The notes under the pieces are model-generated. The model ran no database searches, was not told the origin of the DNA, and saw only the letters and a program-made list of their open reading frames with translations. From positions 378 through 64,377 of the forward strand of contig NZ_CAMLAC010000002.1 in NCBI RefSeq assembly GCF_946477935.1: DNA of 64,000 bases, given 5' to 3'. Made by a program: the position numbers and the translations under genes. The stretch is from an uncultured Sphingomonas sp. (GTDB taxonomy: Bacteria > Pseudomonadota > Alphaproteobacteria > Sphingomonadales > Sphingomonadaceae). Shown here in pieces: positions 8,007 to 17,770 of the stretch. Position 1 is the stretch's first letter. Each line of letters begins with the position of its first letter.

Positions 8007-8297
8007 TTGGCTACCAATTACCGGCACTACAATATTCGCCTGGAGCGCTCCCAATGGGATCGCCTCAGCGCGATCGCGGCCGATCAGAAGCTGACCGTCG
8101 CCGACATCATCCGGTCGGCGCTCGACGTCTTCCTTTCCTCCTCCGATTTGCTGACCGCCAGCCAGCGGCGCCTGGCCCGCATCAGCGAGTTTCAGCAGCT
8201 CGCACTCGATGTCATCATCCGCGAGCAATACCCCGAATTGCGCGACCGTCTGGTGGCCGAAACCGACAAGCGCCTGGTGCAATATCATGGCGCGTGA
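8007..8297 (+). CDS. Ribbon-helix-helix relaxosome accessory protein (TrwA/TraY-like position)
   Basis: HYNIRLERSQWDRLSAIAADQKLTVADIIRSALD is an RHH pattern; AGGAGG RBS then TTG; overlaps the coupling-protein start. Confidence 0.75.
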   Translation: MATNYRHYNIRLERSQWDRLSAIAADQKLTVADIIRSALDVFLSSSDLLTASQRRLARISEFQQLALDVIIREQYPELRDRLVAETDKRLVQYHGA

Positions 8298-10590
8298 GGA
8301 CATCCGCTCGAACGGGCAGAACATCCCGCTCACCCACCACTCCGCGCGTGGTCGCGTGCAGCGCAACTCCGGCAATTTCACCCGCGGCTCCCAGCTCCTG
8401 ACCCACGAAATGCTCATGTGGTTTTCGGGTGCGCGGCTGCCCGTCATCGCATGGTTCTTTGCCTTCCTCCTCGCCTGGTTCGCGATCCTGTCATTCCGCC
8501 TCGACGAGCATGGTTTCCAGCTCGTCTGCATGAAGCTCTACGCGACGCTCTGGAACTGGATCGAGCTCAACCCGAACAAGCGCGTCAACGTCACGCTGCC
8601 CAACGGCGAGATCATGCGCACGATCATGCCGGCAGTGCCGTTCATTCCCGAGGTTCAGCAGGCTTGGGCGACGACGATGCGGGCCCTGGTCGGATCTCTG
8701 CTGGTCTCGCTTTTCGTGGTGGTGCCGTTAGCGATCTGGTTCATCGATCTCTCGCGCCGGCGTGGCAAGACGATCCTTCAGGAGCGACACGAACGTGGCG
8801 CCATGCTCGTCGAAAACGCCGTGCTTCAGTCCGAAATCGCCCGGCACAACCTCGCCAGCTTCGAAGACGATGCGCGCAAATTCTTTCCCGCGCTCTCGCC
8901 GAAGGCCGTGCTGAGGCTGACGTTCCAGGAGCGGAAGGCGGGCGGCATCCACCACCCCTATTCGCTCGCCGGCGTGCCTTACCCGCACCGCATGGAGCAA
9001 TCCCACACGATGCTGATCGGGACGACGGGATCGGGCAAAACCACGGAGCTTCGCAGCCTCGTCGCCCAAATGCGCGAGCGCCGGGACAATGCCGTCATCT
9101 TCGACCTGACCGGGGCCTATGTCGAAGCCTTTTTCGACCCTGCCCGCGACACGATCCTGAACCCGATGGACCAGCGCTGCCCGGCCTGGTCGATCTTCAA
9201 CGACTGCCTTACGCACAGCGAATTCACCGCCGCCGCGGCCGCGTTGATTCCCTCCGACGGCGGGTCCTCCGAACCCTTCTGGGCGCTGGCCGCCCGCACA
9301 CTGTTCATCGAGATGTGCATCCGGCTTCAGGAACGGGGTCAGACCACCAATCTGGCGCTGTCCGAGAACCTGATGACCGCGGATCTCAAGCGGGTCCACC
9401 GCTTCCTCGCCAACACGATCGCGGATCCACTGACCGCCCCGGAAGCCGCCCGCATGGCGGAGTCGATCCGCGCCGTGTTCAATACCAATGCGCAGGTCCT
9501 GCGCTTCCTCCCCGACGAGGGCGAGCAGTTCTCGATCCGCGACTGGATCACGGGCGAAAAGCAGCCCGGCGCGATCCTCTTCATCACCTCCAATTACGTC
9601 GATCTGCCGATGAACCGGGCGCTGCTGACGCTCTGGATGGACCTGTGCATCAATCGCCTGATGACCATGCCGCGCACCCGCTCGCTGCGCATGTGGTTCA
9701 TGTTCGACGAGCTCGGCGCGCTCCACAAACTACCCGCCATCGAGAACGGCCTGCAGACCGCCCGCGCGTTCGGCGGCGCTATGATCCTGGGCATTCACAG
9801 CTTCGAGAAGCTGGTCGAGGTCTATGGCGAGCAGGGCGCCCGCAATCTCGCGTCGCTGGCGCGCTCGAAGCTCATTCTCGCGACCGCTGACCTCGACACC
9901 GCCGAGCAGTGCGCGCGCTACATCGGCAACCGCGAAGTCCGCCAGATGGATGAGGCCTATAGCTACGGCTACAACAACAATCGCGACGCCTCGACGCTGA
10001 CACCCAGGAAACAGGTCGAGCCGCTCGTCATCGCCGACGACATCACCAACCTCCCTTCGATGCATGGCTTCGTGAAGTTCCCGGACGGCTTCCCGGCCGC
10101 GCGCATCCTGCTCGAGTGGAAGGACTATCCCCAGGTCGCCCCGGGGTTCGTCGCCAGACCCTCGATGCAGCCTGTCCGCTCTCGCCGCGGCGAGGAGGCA
10201 TTCGCGGACGAGGGGGGTGAGGCGGGCGGTCGCGACGGCGCCGTCCAGATCGTCGACGAGGTGGTCGATACAACAAATCTCGCCAAGGAGATGGCGGCGA
10301 GGATCCTGCAGATGCCTGCCGCGGAGCATGTCATAGAAGCCGACCGGGCGGCGCAGCGTGCCGACGACAAGAACGAACAATCGACTCCCGCCAGCCACGC
10401 TGCCCACAAGGCCCAGGCGGCACGCGAGAAGTCCGAGGGACATCAGCCTGCGAACCGCTCGTCGGACGAGCGCCGCGACGGCCGCGCCGCGCCGCCACAG
10501 AATAGCCAGGTCGAGAACCAGACGCTCGTTGAATTGCGCCACGGTATCGCTGTCGGCCGCGACGACAGCGATCTCGACATGGGCATTTGA
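8287..10590 (+). CDS. Type IV coupling protein (TrwB/TraD family)
   Basis: Two N-terminal TM segments, Walker A GTTGSGKT, Walker B WFMFDELGAL, acidic low-complexity C-tail; 767 aa. Confidence 0.93.
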   Translation: MAREDIRSNGQNIPLTHHSARGRVQRNSGNFTRGSQLLTHEMLMWFSGARLPVIAWFFAFLLAWFAILSFRLDEHGFQLVCMKLYATLWNWIELNPNKRVNVTLPNGEIMRTIMPAVPFIPEVQQAWATTMRALVGSLLVSLFVVVPLAIWFIDLSRRRGKTILQERHERGAMLVENAVLQSEIARHNLASFEDDARKFFPALSPKAVLRLTFQERKAGGIHHPYSLAGVPYPHRMEQSHTMLIGTTGSGKTTELRSLVAQMRERRDNAVIFDLTGAYVEAFFDPARDTILNPMDQRCPAWSIFNDCLTHSEFTAAAAALIPSDGGSSEPFWALAARTLFIEMCIRLQERGQTTNLALSENLMTADLKRVHRFLANTIADPLTAPEAARMAESIRAVFNTNAQVLRFLPDEGEQFSIRDWITGEKQPGAILFITSNYVDLPMNRALLTLWMDLCINRLMTMPRTRSLRMWFMFDELGALHKLPAIENGLQTARAFGGAMILGIHSFEKLVEVYGEQGARNLASLARSKLILATADLDTAEQCARYIGNREVRQMDEAYSYGYNNNRDASTLTPRKQVEPLVIADDITNLPSMHGFVKFPDGFPAARILLEWKDYPQVAPGFVARPSMQPVRSRRGEEAFADEGGEAGGRDGAVQIVDEVVDTTNLAKEMAARILQMPAAEHVIEADRAAQRADDKNEQSTPASHAAHKAQAAREKSEGHQPANRSSDERRDGRAAPPQNSQVENQTLVELRHGIAVGRDDSDLDMGI

Positions 10591-10593
10591 TCG

Positions 10594-13500
10594 ATGCACT
10601 CGATCGCCTCGGTCCGCTCCGCATCGGGTGCCGCGAGCTATTTCGCGAAGGACGACTTCCAGGACGATTACTACACCGCTGACGGAGCCTCGGAGGTCAA
10701 TAGCTGGGGCGGGAAAGGGGCCGAGACGCTCGGCCTGGAAGGCGAGGTCTCGCGGGAATCATTCGAGGCGGTCCTGAGCGGGATACTGCCGAGCGGCGAG
10801 GGCGTGGCGCAGGTCGAGAATCGCCGTCACGGGCTTGATCTCACCTTCTCGGCGCCGAAGTCCGTTTCGGTCATGGCCTATGTCGCCGGCGACAAGCGCG
10901 TGCTCGCCGCCAACATGGCGGCCGTCCAGAAAACCATGGCGTGGGTCGAGAGGAATCTCGCCGAGGGGCGCAAGGATGTCGAAGGGCGCAAGGTGCCGGT
11001 CCAGACCGGCAATCTTGTCTATGCGCTCTTCCAGCACGACACCAGCCGCGCGCTCGATCCGCAGGCCCACGTCCATGCCGTGGTCGCCAACCTGACGCAG
11101 ATGCCGGACGGCAAATGGCAGGCACTTCATGCCGACAAGATCTGGAGCCACAACGCGACGATCGGCGCCATCTACCACGCCTATCTGCGGGCCGGGCTTG
11201 AGAAGCTGGGTTATCAGGTCGAGTTGAAGGGCAAGCACGGCACCTTCGAGATATCGGGCGTGCCGAAAGCGGTGATCGATGCCTTCAGCCAGCGGCGCGA
11301 GGCGATCCTTGAAAAGGCTGCCGCGCTCGGGATCGTCTCAGCCAAGGGTCGCGACGGCGTCACTACCACGACCCGCGATCCCAAGCTTAACGTCGAGGAC
11401 CGCGACGGGCTCGTTAAAGGCTGGATCGACAAGGCGTCGGGGCTCGGCTTCGACGGCAATAGCCTAATCGCCGCAGCCACAGCCCGCGCCGGTCAGCGTC
11501 TCGGGGCGGGGCCGATCGAGCGCGGATATCGCGCGGTAAGCGATGCGATCGCGAGCGCTCGCACGTCGCTCGGCGGGTTCCTGCGCCCACGCGATCCTCT
11601 CGTCGACAGCGGGCTCGCTCGCGCTACCCAGTCACCGGCGATTGCGCGCTCGCAGCTCGCGGTCGCGTCGGCAGTCCGGATCCTGGCGGAGCGCGAGGCG
11701 GCGTTCAACGTCCATCTGCTCGCAAGGACCGCGTTGGACCTCGGCTTGCAAGGCGTCACGATCGACACGGTCGAGCACCGGATCGGCCAGCTCCTCGAGA
11801 CCCGCCAGCTCCTCCCCGGGGTCGCGAGAGCCGGCGACAGGGGCGTCCAGATGGTAACCACGCAGGAAGCGCTGCGCACCGAAGAAGCGATCCTGAAAAG
11901 CGTTGAGGCAGGGGCCGGCACGGCAGATCCGGTCGTAGCGGCGAGTGCGGCGCCCGAGCGCCTGCAGAGTGTCGCCGATCGGCCGCTCAACGCCGGCCAG
12001 CTTGCTGCCGCGACCCTGATCCTGTCGTCGCCCGACCGCACCGTCACCATTCAGGGTGTCGCCGGTGCCGGCAAGTCGACGATGCTGCAGGCCGTGGCCC
12101 GGATCGCAGAAGCCGAGGGCCGCACAGTGCTCGGCCTCGCCTTTCAGAACAAGATGGTCGCGGACTTGGCCGAGGGTGCCGGCATCAAGAGCCAGACGAT
12201 CGCGTCCTTCGTCCTCGCGAACGAACGGTTTGTCACCGAGCGCGATACGAACCGATTCGAGGAAGCGCAGGCCCGGCTGGCAGGCGCCTTGCTGGTGGTC
12301 GACGAGACCTCGATGGTCTCGAGCAGCGACCTGCTGATGCTGCACCGGATCACCGGGGCGCTCGGCGTCGACAAGCTGGTGCTGGTCGGCGATCGCCAGC
12401 AGCTCTCCTCGATCGACGCCGGCAAATCGTTTGCGATGATCCAGGCGGCCGGAGGGACGATGGCGCGGATGGACGAGAACATCCGTCAGCGCACCGACAC
12501 GCTGCGGACGGTCGCCGCGCTCGCCAATGTCGGCCGGGCGGGCGAGGCGATGAAGGTGCTGGGCGACAATGTCCATGAGAGCGCGAGTCCACCCGAGACG
12601 GCGGCGGGCATGTGGCTCGCACTATCGGCCGAGGACCGCGATGCCACAGCCGTGTTCGCGTCGGGCCGCGCATCGCGCGCGATCATCAATCAACGTATCC
12701 AGGACGGCCTTGCGGCCGAAGGAACGGTGCGAGGGCAGGGTATCCATCTCACGGTCTTCGAGCGCGTCAACCTCACGCGCGAGGAGCTGCGCTACGCCTC
12801 GACCTATCAGGTCGGCCAGACGCTCGACGTCGGCCGCGGGGGCGCGCAGGACATCGGTCTCAAGCAGGGGCGCTACGATGTCACGCGCGTGCTGCCGAGC
12901 GGCAAGATCGAGCTCAGCGATGGGCGGCGGCATATCCGCTTCGATCCCCAAAGCCTGTCGCCCACCGAAAAGCGGGATCGGCTCGAACTTACCCAGAAAA
13001 AGGACCTCCACGTCCACGAGGGCGACCGCATCCGCTGGACCGCCAACGACAAGCCCCGCGACCTCCATAACGCCGCGCTCGCGCGTGTGGTGTCGGTGGA
13101 CAGCGCGGGGGTGACGGTCGAAACCGCGGGCAAGCAGACGCTCACGCTCGATCTCGGCGATCCGATGCTGTCGCGGCTCGATCTCGCCTACGCGCTCAAC
13201 ATGCACATGGCGCAAGGCATCACGACCGACAAAGCTATCACGGTGATGGACAGCCACGAGCGCAACCTGTCCAACCAGCGGCTCTTCAATGTCGGTGTCA
13301 CCCGCGTGCGCGACGAGCTCGTCATGGTGGTGGATGACAAGGGGAAGCTGGAGCGCCAGCTCGACCTCAATCCGGGCAACAAGACCTCGGCGCTCGAGAC
13401 GCTCGGGCGCATCGACATCGACGGAAGGAAGGGGCCCGCCGCGCCGGTGAAGTTCGATCCCGGCCCGATCGACGGCATCAATCTGGCCGGCGAGCCCGAC

Positions 13501-13665
13501 CTCCTCGCCGACTTGCCGCCCCTCCCGGACGGACCCCTCACGCCGGCCGCTGCGCCCGCAGCCGCATCGAAGAGCGGCGAACTCAAGGCCCCTGCAGACC
13601 TTAAAGCCGACAAGGGCGACCTGCTGCCGCCGCTGCCGGAGCGCAGCCTCGGGCTCGATTTGTGA
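10594..13665 (+). CDS. MOBF relaxase-helicase (TrwC/TraI family)
   Basis: N-terminal YF..DD..DDYY tyrosines, HUH motif FQHDTSRALDPQAHVHAVVAN, helicase Walker A GVAGAGKST, VVDETSM, AYALNMHMAQG; 1023 aa. Confidence 0.96.
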   Translation: MHSIASVRSASGAASYFAKDDFQDDYYTADGASEVNSWGGKGAETLGLEGEVSRESFEAVLSGILPSGEGVAQVENRRHGLDLTFSAPKSVSVMAYVAGDKRVLAANMAAVQKTMAWVERNLAEGRKDVEGRKVPVQTGNLVYALFQHDTSRALDPQAHVHAVVANLTQMPDGKWQALHADKIWSHNATIGAIYHAYLRAGLEKLGYQVELKGKHGTFEISGVPKAVIDAFSQRREAILEKAAALGIVSAKGRDGVTTTTRDPKLNVEDRDGLVKGWIDKASGLGFDGNSLIAAATARAGQRLGAGPIERGYRAVSDAIASARTSLGGFLRPRDPLVDSGLARATQSPAIARSQLAVASAVRILAEREAAFNVHLLARTALDLGLQGVTIDTVEHRIGQLLETRQLLPGVARAGDRGVQMVTTQEALRTEEAILKSVEAGAGTADPVVAASAAPERLQSVADRPLNAGQLAAATLILSSPDRTVTIQGVAGAGKSTMLQAVARIAEAEGRTVLGLAFQNKMVADLAEGAGIKSQTIASFVLANERFVTERDTNRFEEAQARLAGALLVVDETSMVSSSDLLMLHRITGALGVDKLVLVGDRQQLSSIDAGKSFAMIQAAGGTMARMDENIRQRTDTLRTVAALANVGRAGEAMKVLGDNVHESASPPETAAGMWLALSAEDRDATAVFASGRASRAIINQRIQDGLAAEGTVRGQGIHLTVFERVNLTREELRYASTYQVGQTLDVGRGGAQDIGLKQGRYDVTRVLPSGKIELSDGRRHIRFDPQSLSPTEKRDRLELTQKKDLHVHEGDRIRWTANDKPRDLHNAALARVVSVDSAGVTVETAGKQTLTLDLGDPMLSRLDLAYALNMHMAQGITTDKAITVMDSHERNLSNQRLFNVGVTRVRDELVMVVDDKGKLERQLDLNPGNKTSALETLGRIDIDGRKGPAAPVKFDPGPIDGINLAGEPDLLADLPPLPDGPLTPAAAPAAASKSGELKAPADLKADKGDLLPPLPERSLGLDL

Positions 13666-13708
13666 AGCGAACAGCCGGCGCGGTGTCGGCAGATGAAGGA
13701 GACGACCG

Positions 13709-13909
13709 ATGGGATGGGAGTTCGATGAAGGCGGCAAGTTCGGCAGTGAGAAGGCAGCCGAGGATTATGCCCGGCGCAACGGGTTGAGCAATGCCGACTT
13801 TCGGACCCGGCGGAAGGGTGACGGCGTCGAACTCGAGATCCGCCGCTCCGCCGTGGATGGCCGAAGCCTGCGCGACAGCAACGAGGGGCGCAAAGACGGA
13901 TGGTTCTGA
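13709..13909 (+). CDS. Small hypothetical protein (66 aa)
   Basis: GAAGGAG RBS; co-directional with the relaxase; no family recognised. Confidence 0.6.
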   Translation: MGWEFDEGGKFGSEKAAEDYARRNGLSNADFRTRRKGDGVELEIRRSAVDGRSLRDSNEGRKDGWF

Positions 13910-13937
13910 GGCGCGCCTGCGGAAAGGAGATAAAGCT

Positions 13938-14474
13938 ATGCCTGAATTGATCGATCAGCTCGGTCGCGCGCCGTTCGCCGCCGTCATCCTCCTGGCCTGC
14001 ATCGTCATGCTCTTCGCGCTTATCAAGGGCGCCGATGGATCGCTGGCCCCGATAGCGAAACGGTTCCTCACCGCCCGTGAGCAGGCGATGCTTGTGGCGC
14101 TCGAGCATGTTCTACCCATGTATCGCATCCATGCTCAGGTCTCGATGGGCGCACTGCTGGCAGCTCCTCGTCGGCCGGGGAGCCGATTCAATCCCGCAGA
14201 TCGCAACGCATTCTCACAGAAGATCGTCGACTTTGTCGTCGTCGATCCGACCGTTTGGAATGTCGTCGCTTTGGTCGAACTGGATGATCGATCGCATAAT
14301 GCCGTCAAGGATCGGGTACGAGACGCGACGACGGCGGGCGCAGGGTACAAAACGATCCGGATCCCCAGCTCCGCTCGTCCGACGGTCGCGACGGCGATCG
14401 CAGCAGTCGGCCATCTTCGTGATATGGCTCATTCCGACGAGAGCCAGATCACAGAGCCGCGGGCGGCGACCTAA
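13938..14474 (+). CDS. DUF2726-like protein (N-terminal TM plus restriction-endonuclease-like domain)
   Basis: FLTAREQAML...IHAQVSMGALL...KIVDFVVVD...LVELDDRSH...KDRVRD matches the DUF2726 pattern; AAAGGAGA RBS. Confidence 0.75.
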   Translation: MPELIDQLGRAPFAAVILLACIVMLFALIKGADGSLAPIAKRFLTAREQAMLVALEHVLPMYRIHAQVSMGALLAAPRRPGSRFNPADRNAFSQKIVDFVVVDPTVWNVVALVELDDRSHNAVKDRVRDATTAGAGYKTIRIPSSARPTVATAIAAVGHLRDMAHSDESQITEPRAAT

Positions 14475-14566
14475 ATGACAAAGATCGGTTCAGTCATGAG
14501 ACGCGGCAGCTAACCCCGCCCGCAGTAACCGAACATGGTGGCGCACTTGCCAGGACGCTGTCGCGG

Positions 14567-15991
14567 TCAGCCCTCAGGCTCGGTTGCTGGCGGCTGGTGC
14601 TCGATCCAACGACATATGTCGGTTTTCGGTCGCGGCTCATACGCTCGCGCCTGATACGGCCCCTTCGGAAACGGTACCGCATCGTCACCCGAATATAGCA
14701 TCAGCCCGGCTTTGCCGAGCGGCAGCCCCGAGCCCTTGATTAACGAGCGGCTGCGGTTGAGCCACTCGGCGAAGTTGCGGGCCTGCTCATAGCTGAGGAA
14801 GTCGAGCGGCAAATTCTGGCCGAACACGTCGAGCAGCGTCAGCTCGTTGTTGCTTGGAGCGTAGAGGCGCCAACTCGGACGGCGAACACTTGTCGCCGGA
14901 ACCAGTTCGACCCGCTTCTTGCTGTAAACGCCGCGTTGATAATCTGCCTTCTGCTTGCCCTCGATATAGGTGCCCGCGTTCGCCGTGACCTTGCGCAGCT
15001 CGTAATATAGATAGACGTCGGCGATCAGCGGACACGATGGCGGCGACTTCTGCAGCGTCACTTCGAGCGTGATCTCGCCGGGCGCCTGCAGCGCGCCCGC
15101 CTCGTTGGCGAGCCTCAACTTGGTGACCCGCTGTGTCCGCTCCTCAAGCGGATCGCTCGCTGCCCCAAGGTCGCGGCGCCAGCGGCGTGGATCAATGCGC
15201 ATGGTGAGGGCGATCAGCGTGTTCCCGGATATGTCCAGATTGCGCTCGCTTTCGCGCAGAATGCGCAGCTCAGTCGGCAGGATGTCGGCACCGAGCTTCA
15301 AATACTGCTGATTGATCGTCGCGTTGGCGACCCGCGTGTTGCTCAAGTTGCCGCTGACGCCCGCGCTGGTTCCTAGCACATCGGTCAGAACATCGGTCAC
15401 AGGGGGCGCGGCCGTGGTGGATGCGTTCGTATCGGACGTTGTGCGGCCGAGCTGGGCCTGAAGGCTCGCGCTCGCAGTGTCAGTGATCTGCGCGATGTTG
15501 AGGAGCTGGTTGTCAGTCGCGATGACCGTGTAACCATCGAACACGAAATTGCGCGGCATGACCTCGATCCACGTGCGGACGAGCCGATCGGCCGGTCCTG
15601 CATCCCAGCCGCGGCTCACGGTCGCGACTAAAGTTTGTTTGTAACTGCCTTCGACTGCCGCTGTCCCTTCCGGCTGCGCGGCCTTCTGCGCGAGCGGGCG
15701 AGCCAATGCGTCGCGAATTTCATCTGTCTTTGCGCCGGAGGCGGTCATTGCCGCGATGAGCGCGGCCTGACCATGATCGGACAAGTCCTTCAGCGAAGCC
15801 GGTGAGCTTGGCGGCGTCGCTGTCGGAAAGCTATAGAGCGCCACCGAGGGCTTGTTCCACTCAAACTCAGAGCCAGCAGGCCGGGCAGGCAACGGATCAA
15901 GCACTGGGGTGTGGCCCTTCGCCCAGCGACGTTCTTCCGGACTCGCACACGCGGCGAGCACGAGCGGAGCGATCAGGAATATCGCTTTCAT
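14567..15991 (-). CDS. Lipoprotein of unknown function (474 aa)
   Basis: MKAIFLIAPLVLAAC lipobox signal; start overlaps the stop of the upstream gene (ATGA); the N-terminal extension in the ORF track looks spurious. Confidence 0.8.
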   Translation of the reverse strand: MKAIFLIAPLVLAACASPEERRWAKGHTPVLDPLPARPAGSEFEWNKPSVALYSFPTATPPSSPASLKDLSDHGQAALIAAMTASGAKTDEIRDALARPLAQKAAQPEGTAAVEGSYKQTLVATVSRGWDAGPADRLVRTWIEVMPRNFVFDGYTVIATDNQLLNIAQITDTASASLQAQLGRTTSDTNASTTAAPPVTDVLTDVLGTSAGVSGNLSNTRVANATINQQYLKLGADILPTELRILRESERNLDISGNTLIALTMRIDPRRWRRDLGAASDPLEERTQRVTKLRLANEAGALQAPGEITLEVTLQKSPPSCPLIADVYLYYELRKVTANAGTYIEGKQKADYQRGVYSKKRVELVPATSVRRPSWRLYAPSNNELTLLDVFGQNLPLDFLSYEQARNFAEWLNRSRSLIKGSGLPLGKAGLMLYSGDDAVPFPKGPYQARAYEPRPKTDICRWIEHQPPATEPEG

Positions 15992-16287
15992 GAGATATCT
16001 CCGCGCCACAGCCGCTGATCCTGCCCGTGGACCTCGCAACGGACGACATCGTAGCCCATGCCGTATTCGCAGTCCGGCAGTACTAGCTCCTCCACGGCGA
16101 CGAGGAGCACGCGGGGTTTGGCGCGACGATTGTTGAAGTCGAGACATTGGCCCGGCGGTGCGCCGTAGTAGGGTACTGGGTCCTTCGGACTGTTCCAGTC
16201 CGACATCAAAACGAAGACTTGATCCACGAGCACCCCCTCTCGATGAAACTTGCCATAGTTCGTCGCGGTCGTTTCAACCGCCGTCAT
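15988..16287 (-). CDS. Small hypothetical protein (99 aa)
   Basis: Starts 8 bp after the nuclease C-terminal stop and overlaps the lipoprotein start by 4 bp, indicating translational coupling. Confidence 0.65.
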   Translation of the reverse strand: MTAVETTATNYGKFHREGVLVDQVFVLMSDWNSPKDPVPYYGAPPGQCLDFNNRRAKPRVLLVAVEELVLPDCEYGMGYDVVRCEVHGQDQRLWRGDIS

Positions 16288-16295
16288 TCAGACAA

Positions 16296-17309
16296 TCAGT
16301 CGACTGGCTTCGTGTAGGCGGGATCGAGCGCATCGTTTACAAGATGCGCAAGCCGGATACCCGCACGGCGCACGCGTTCCCCCGCCACGTCCTTGAACGC
16401 GTTTAGATAGGCGGCATCGACACGCACCTTCTTCGGCTGTCCGCCGTCTGGCAGGGCTGCGAACTCAGCAGAATATCGGCACGATCCGGCAGCCATCACG
16501 CAATATTGCACAGCTGGTCGCCTTGCTATCTCGTAAGACTCGGCGGCCCATTGCCATGGCGCGGTCGCGACGAACTGTTGCTTCTCGGCGATGCTCGTGT
16601 TCGCGTCGAGCGTGTCGACAGCGCGATAGGTGATCGTGCGCCGGCTCCAATTGGGCCGGTAATCTGTGCGTTCGCGCACGCGCTGAAAAATGCCGTTCTC
16701 GAGCAGGCAATTATCTCAGACAGCGTGAAAGCTGCCAGGTCTATAGGGATTGCCGGTCGAGCCGACACCGCATTTGCCAGAGAACGAAACGCTTATCGAG
16801 TTGCCGCCGACATCGTCCTCATAGGAAATATGCAGCGGCTGATGGATGTCTCCGACCCAATGGCCCAGCGCAAGCAGCGCTACGACTCGGTCTTGCTTCG
16901 ATCGTGATGCGTCCCCGAGAATGGCGATGTCGCGCCTGATCCCAGATAGGATGCATTTGAGCGGTTGCCCGGTCGTTTCGCTCAAAGGGCAAATGTCGTT
17001 GGCGATCGCAGGCAGCGAGCGCGCAACATTTATAAAATGGTCTTTCGGATTTCTACGCGGCCGCTCGTCTTCCTCCAGGCAGCCGACATTGAGCGAGGTG
17101 TAGGTCCGCGTTTCGCCGTGCGCTGTGATAGTCACGCCACCGGCGAACAGGTCCTTGACTGCCTGTCGGGTTGCCGGCGTGAAATTGCGATACGCGAGAT
17201 CACAGACGGTCAAATGACCGAATTCGCCCCATGCCTTGCTTTCCTGCGGCATCACGACGCCGCTTGCGGCCAATGCTGTCGTGAGCAACGCTAATGAAAA
17301 ACGCGCCAT
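16296..17309 (-). pseudogene. Secreted S1/P1-family nuclease with an in-frame TGA at the conserved Trp of HAVWD
   Basis: Signal peptide then WGEFGH; GHWVGDIHQPLH; SFHAV-TGA(16716-16718)-DNCLLE continues in the same frame to RRAGIRLAHLVNDAL; GGAGG RBS before ATG 17309. Confidence 0.85.
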
Positions 17310-17673
17310 GACCAGCCTCCTGGGTCTTGCCGACTCCTTTACCTCATCGTGCAATAAAGAACGTCTGATCGGACTTTGGCAAGTAGTCGAGTCCTGTGAC
17401 TGCTCCGCATTGCAGCTTTCGAGTTTCCGGTTCGCTCAGCGACAGACTAGAATCGCGGGCCCGATCAAATGCGCGGCCCAAGGGGAGCGGCATCACGGAT
17501 CACGGTTGCATGGAAGCGGCGAGCGCGTGAGGCTTCGCACATTGCAACGCCACACCCAAGTCGCTTGCCGCGCATGGGCCAGTCGTGGGTACGAGAACAT
17601 CTGGATCGACGGCGCCTCACGCGATCGGCTCATTCGTGAGGCACAGATCGCCGCGCGAATAAGAACTGGGCGA

Positions 17674-17727
17674 TGTCATCCATGACACTTTACCCGGAGG
17701 GTGGATGGTAAAGTGTCATTGATGACA
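17674..17727. repeat. 21-bp inverted repeat (1 mismatch, 12-bp spacer), each arm containing a TGTCAT-N2-ATGACA palindrome
   Basis: TGTCATCCATGACACTTTACC-CGGAGGGTGGAT-GGTAAAGTGTCATTGATGACA. Confidence 0.8.
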
Positions 17728-17770
17728 GCCTTGTGGACGCTGATAGCCTCGCGTGCGGGATTTGGCAGGG

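Larger units (their letters stand above)
1..13665. mobile_element. Conjugative plasmid/ICE backbone: leading region, oriT and MOBF relaxosome/coupling module (the element probably extends over the whole window)
   Basis: MOBF relaxase, coupling protein, RHH accessory gene, nic-like site, ssb and TA pair in the canonical R388/F-like arrangement. No mating-pair (VirB) genes in the window. Confidence 0.9.

Noticed and set aside
8418-13737. Long alternative-frame and antisense ORFs over the coupling protein and relaxase (e.g. 8418-9890 +, 8728-9726 -, 11632-12576 -, 12622-13737 -)
   Set aside because: Shadow ORFs expected in high-GC coding DNA; Arg/Pro/Gly-rich with no motifs, fully overlapping well-supported genes.
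14525-14545. GAAC-containing sequence downstream of the DUF2726 gene as a LexA box
   Set aside because: The second half-site does not match GAAC/GTTC at N7 spacing.
16716-16718. TGA as selenocysteine in the nuclease
   Set aside because: The aligned residue is a conserved Trp, not Cys, and no SECIS-like hairpin or sel genes were recognised.
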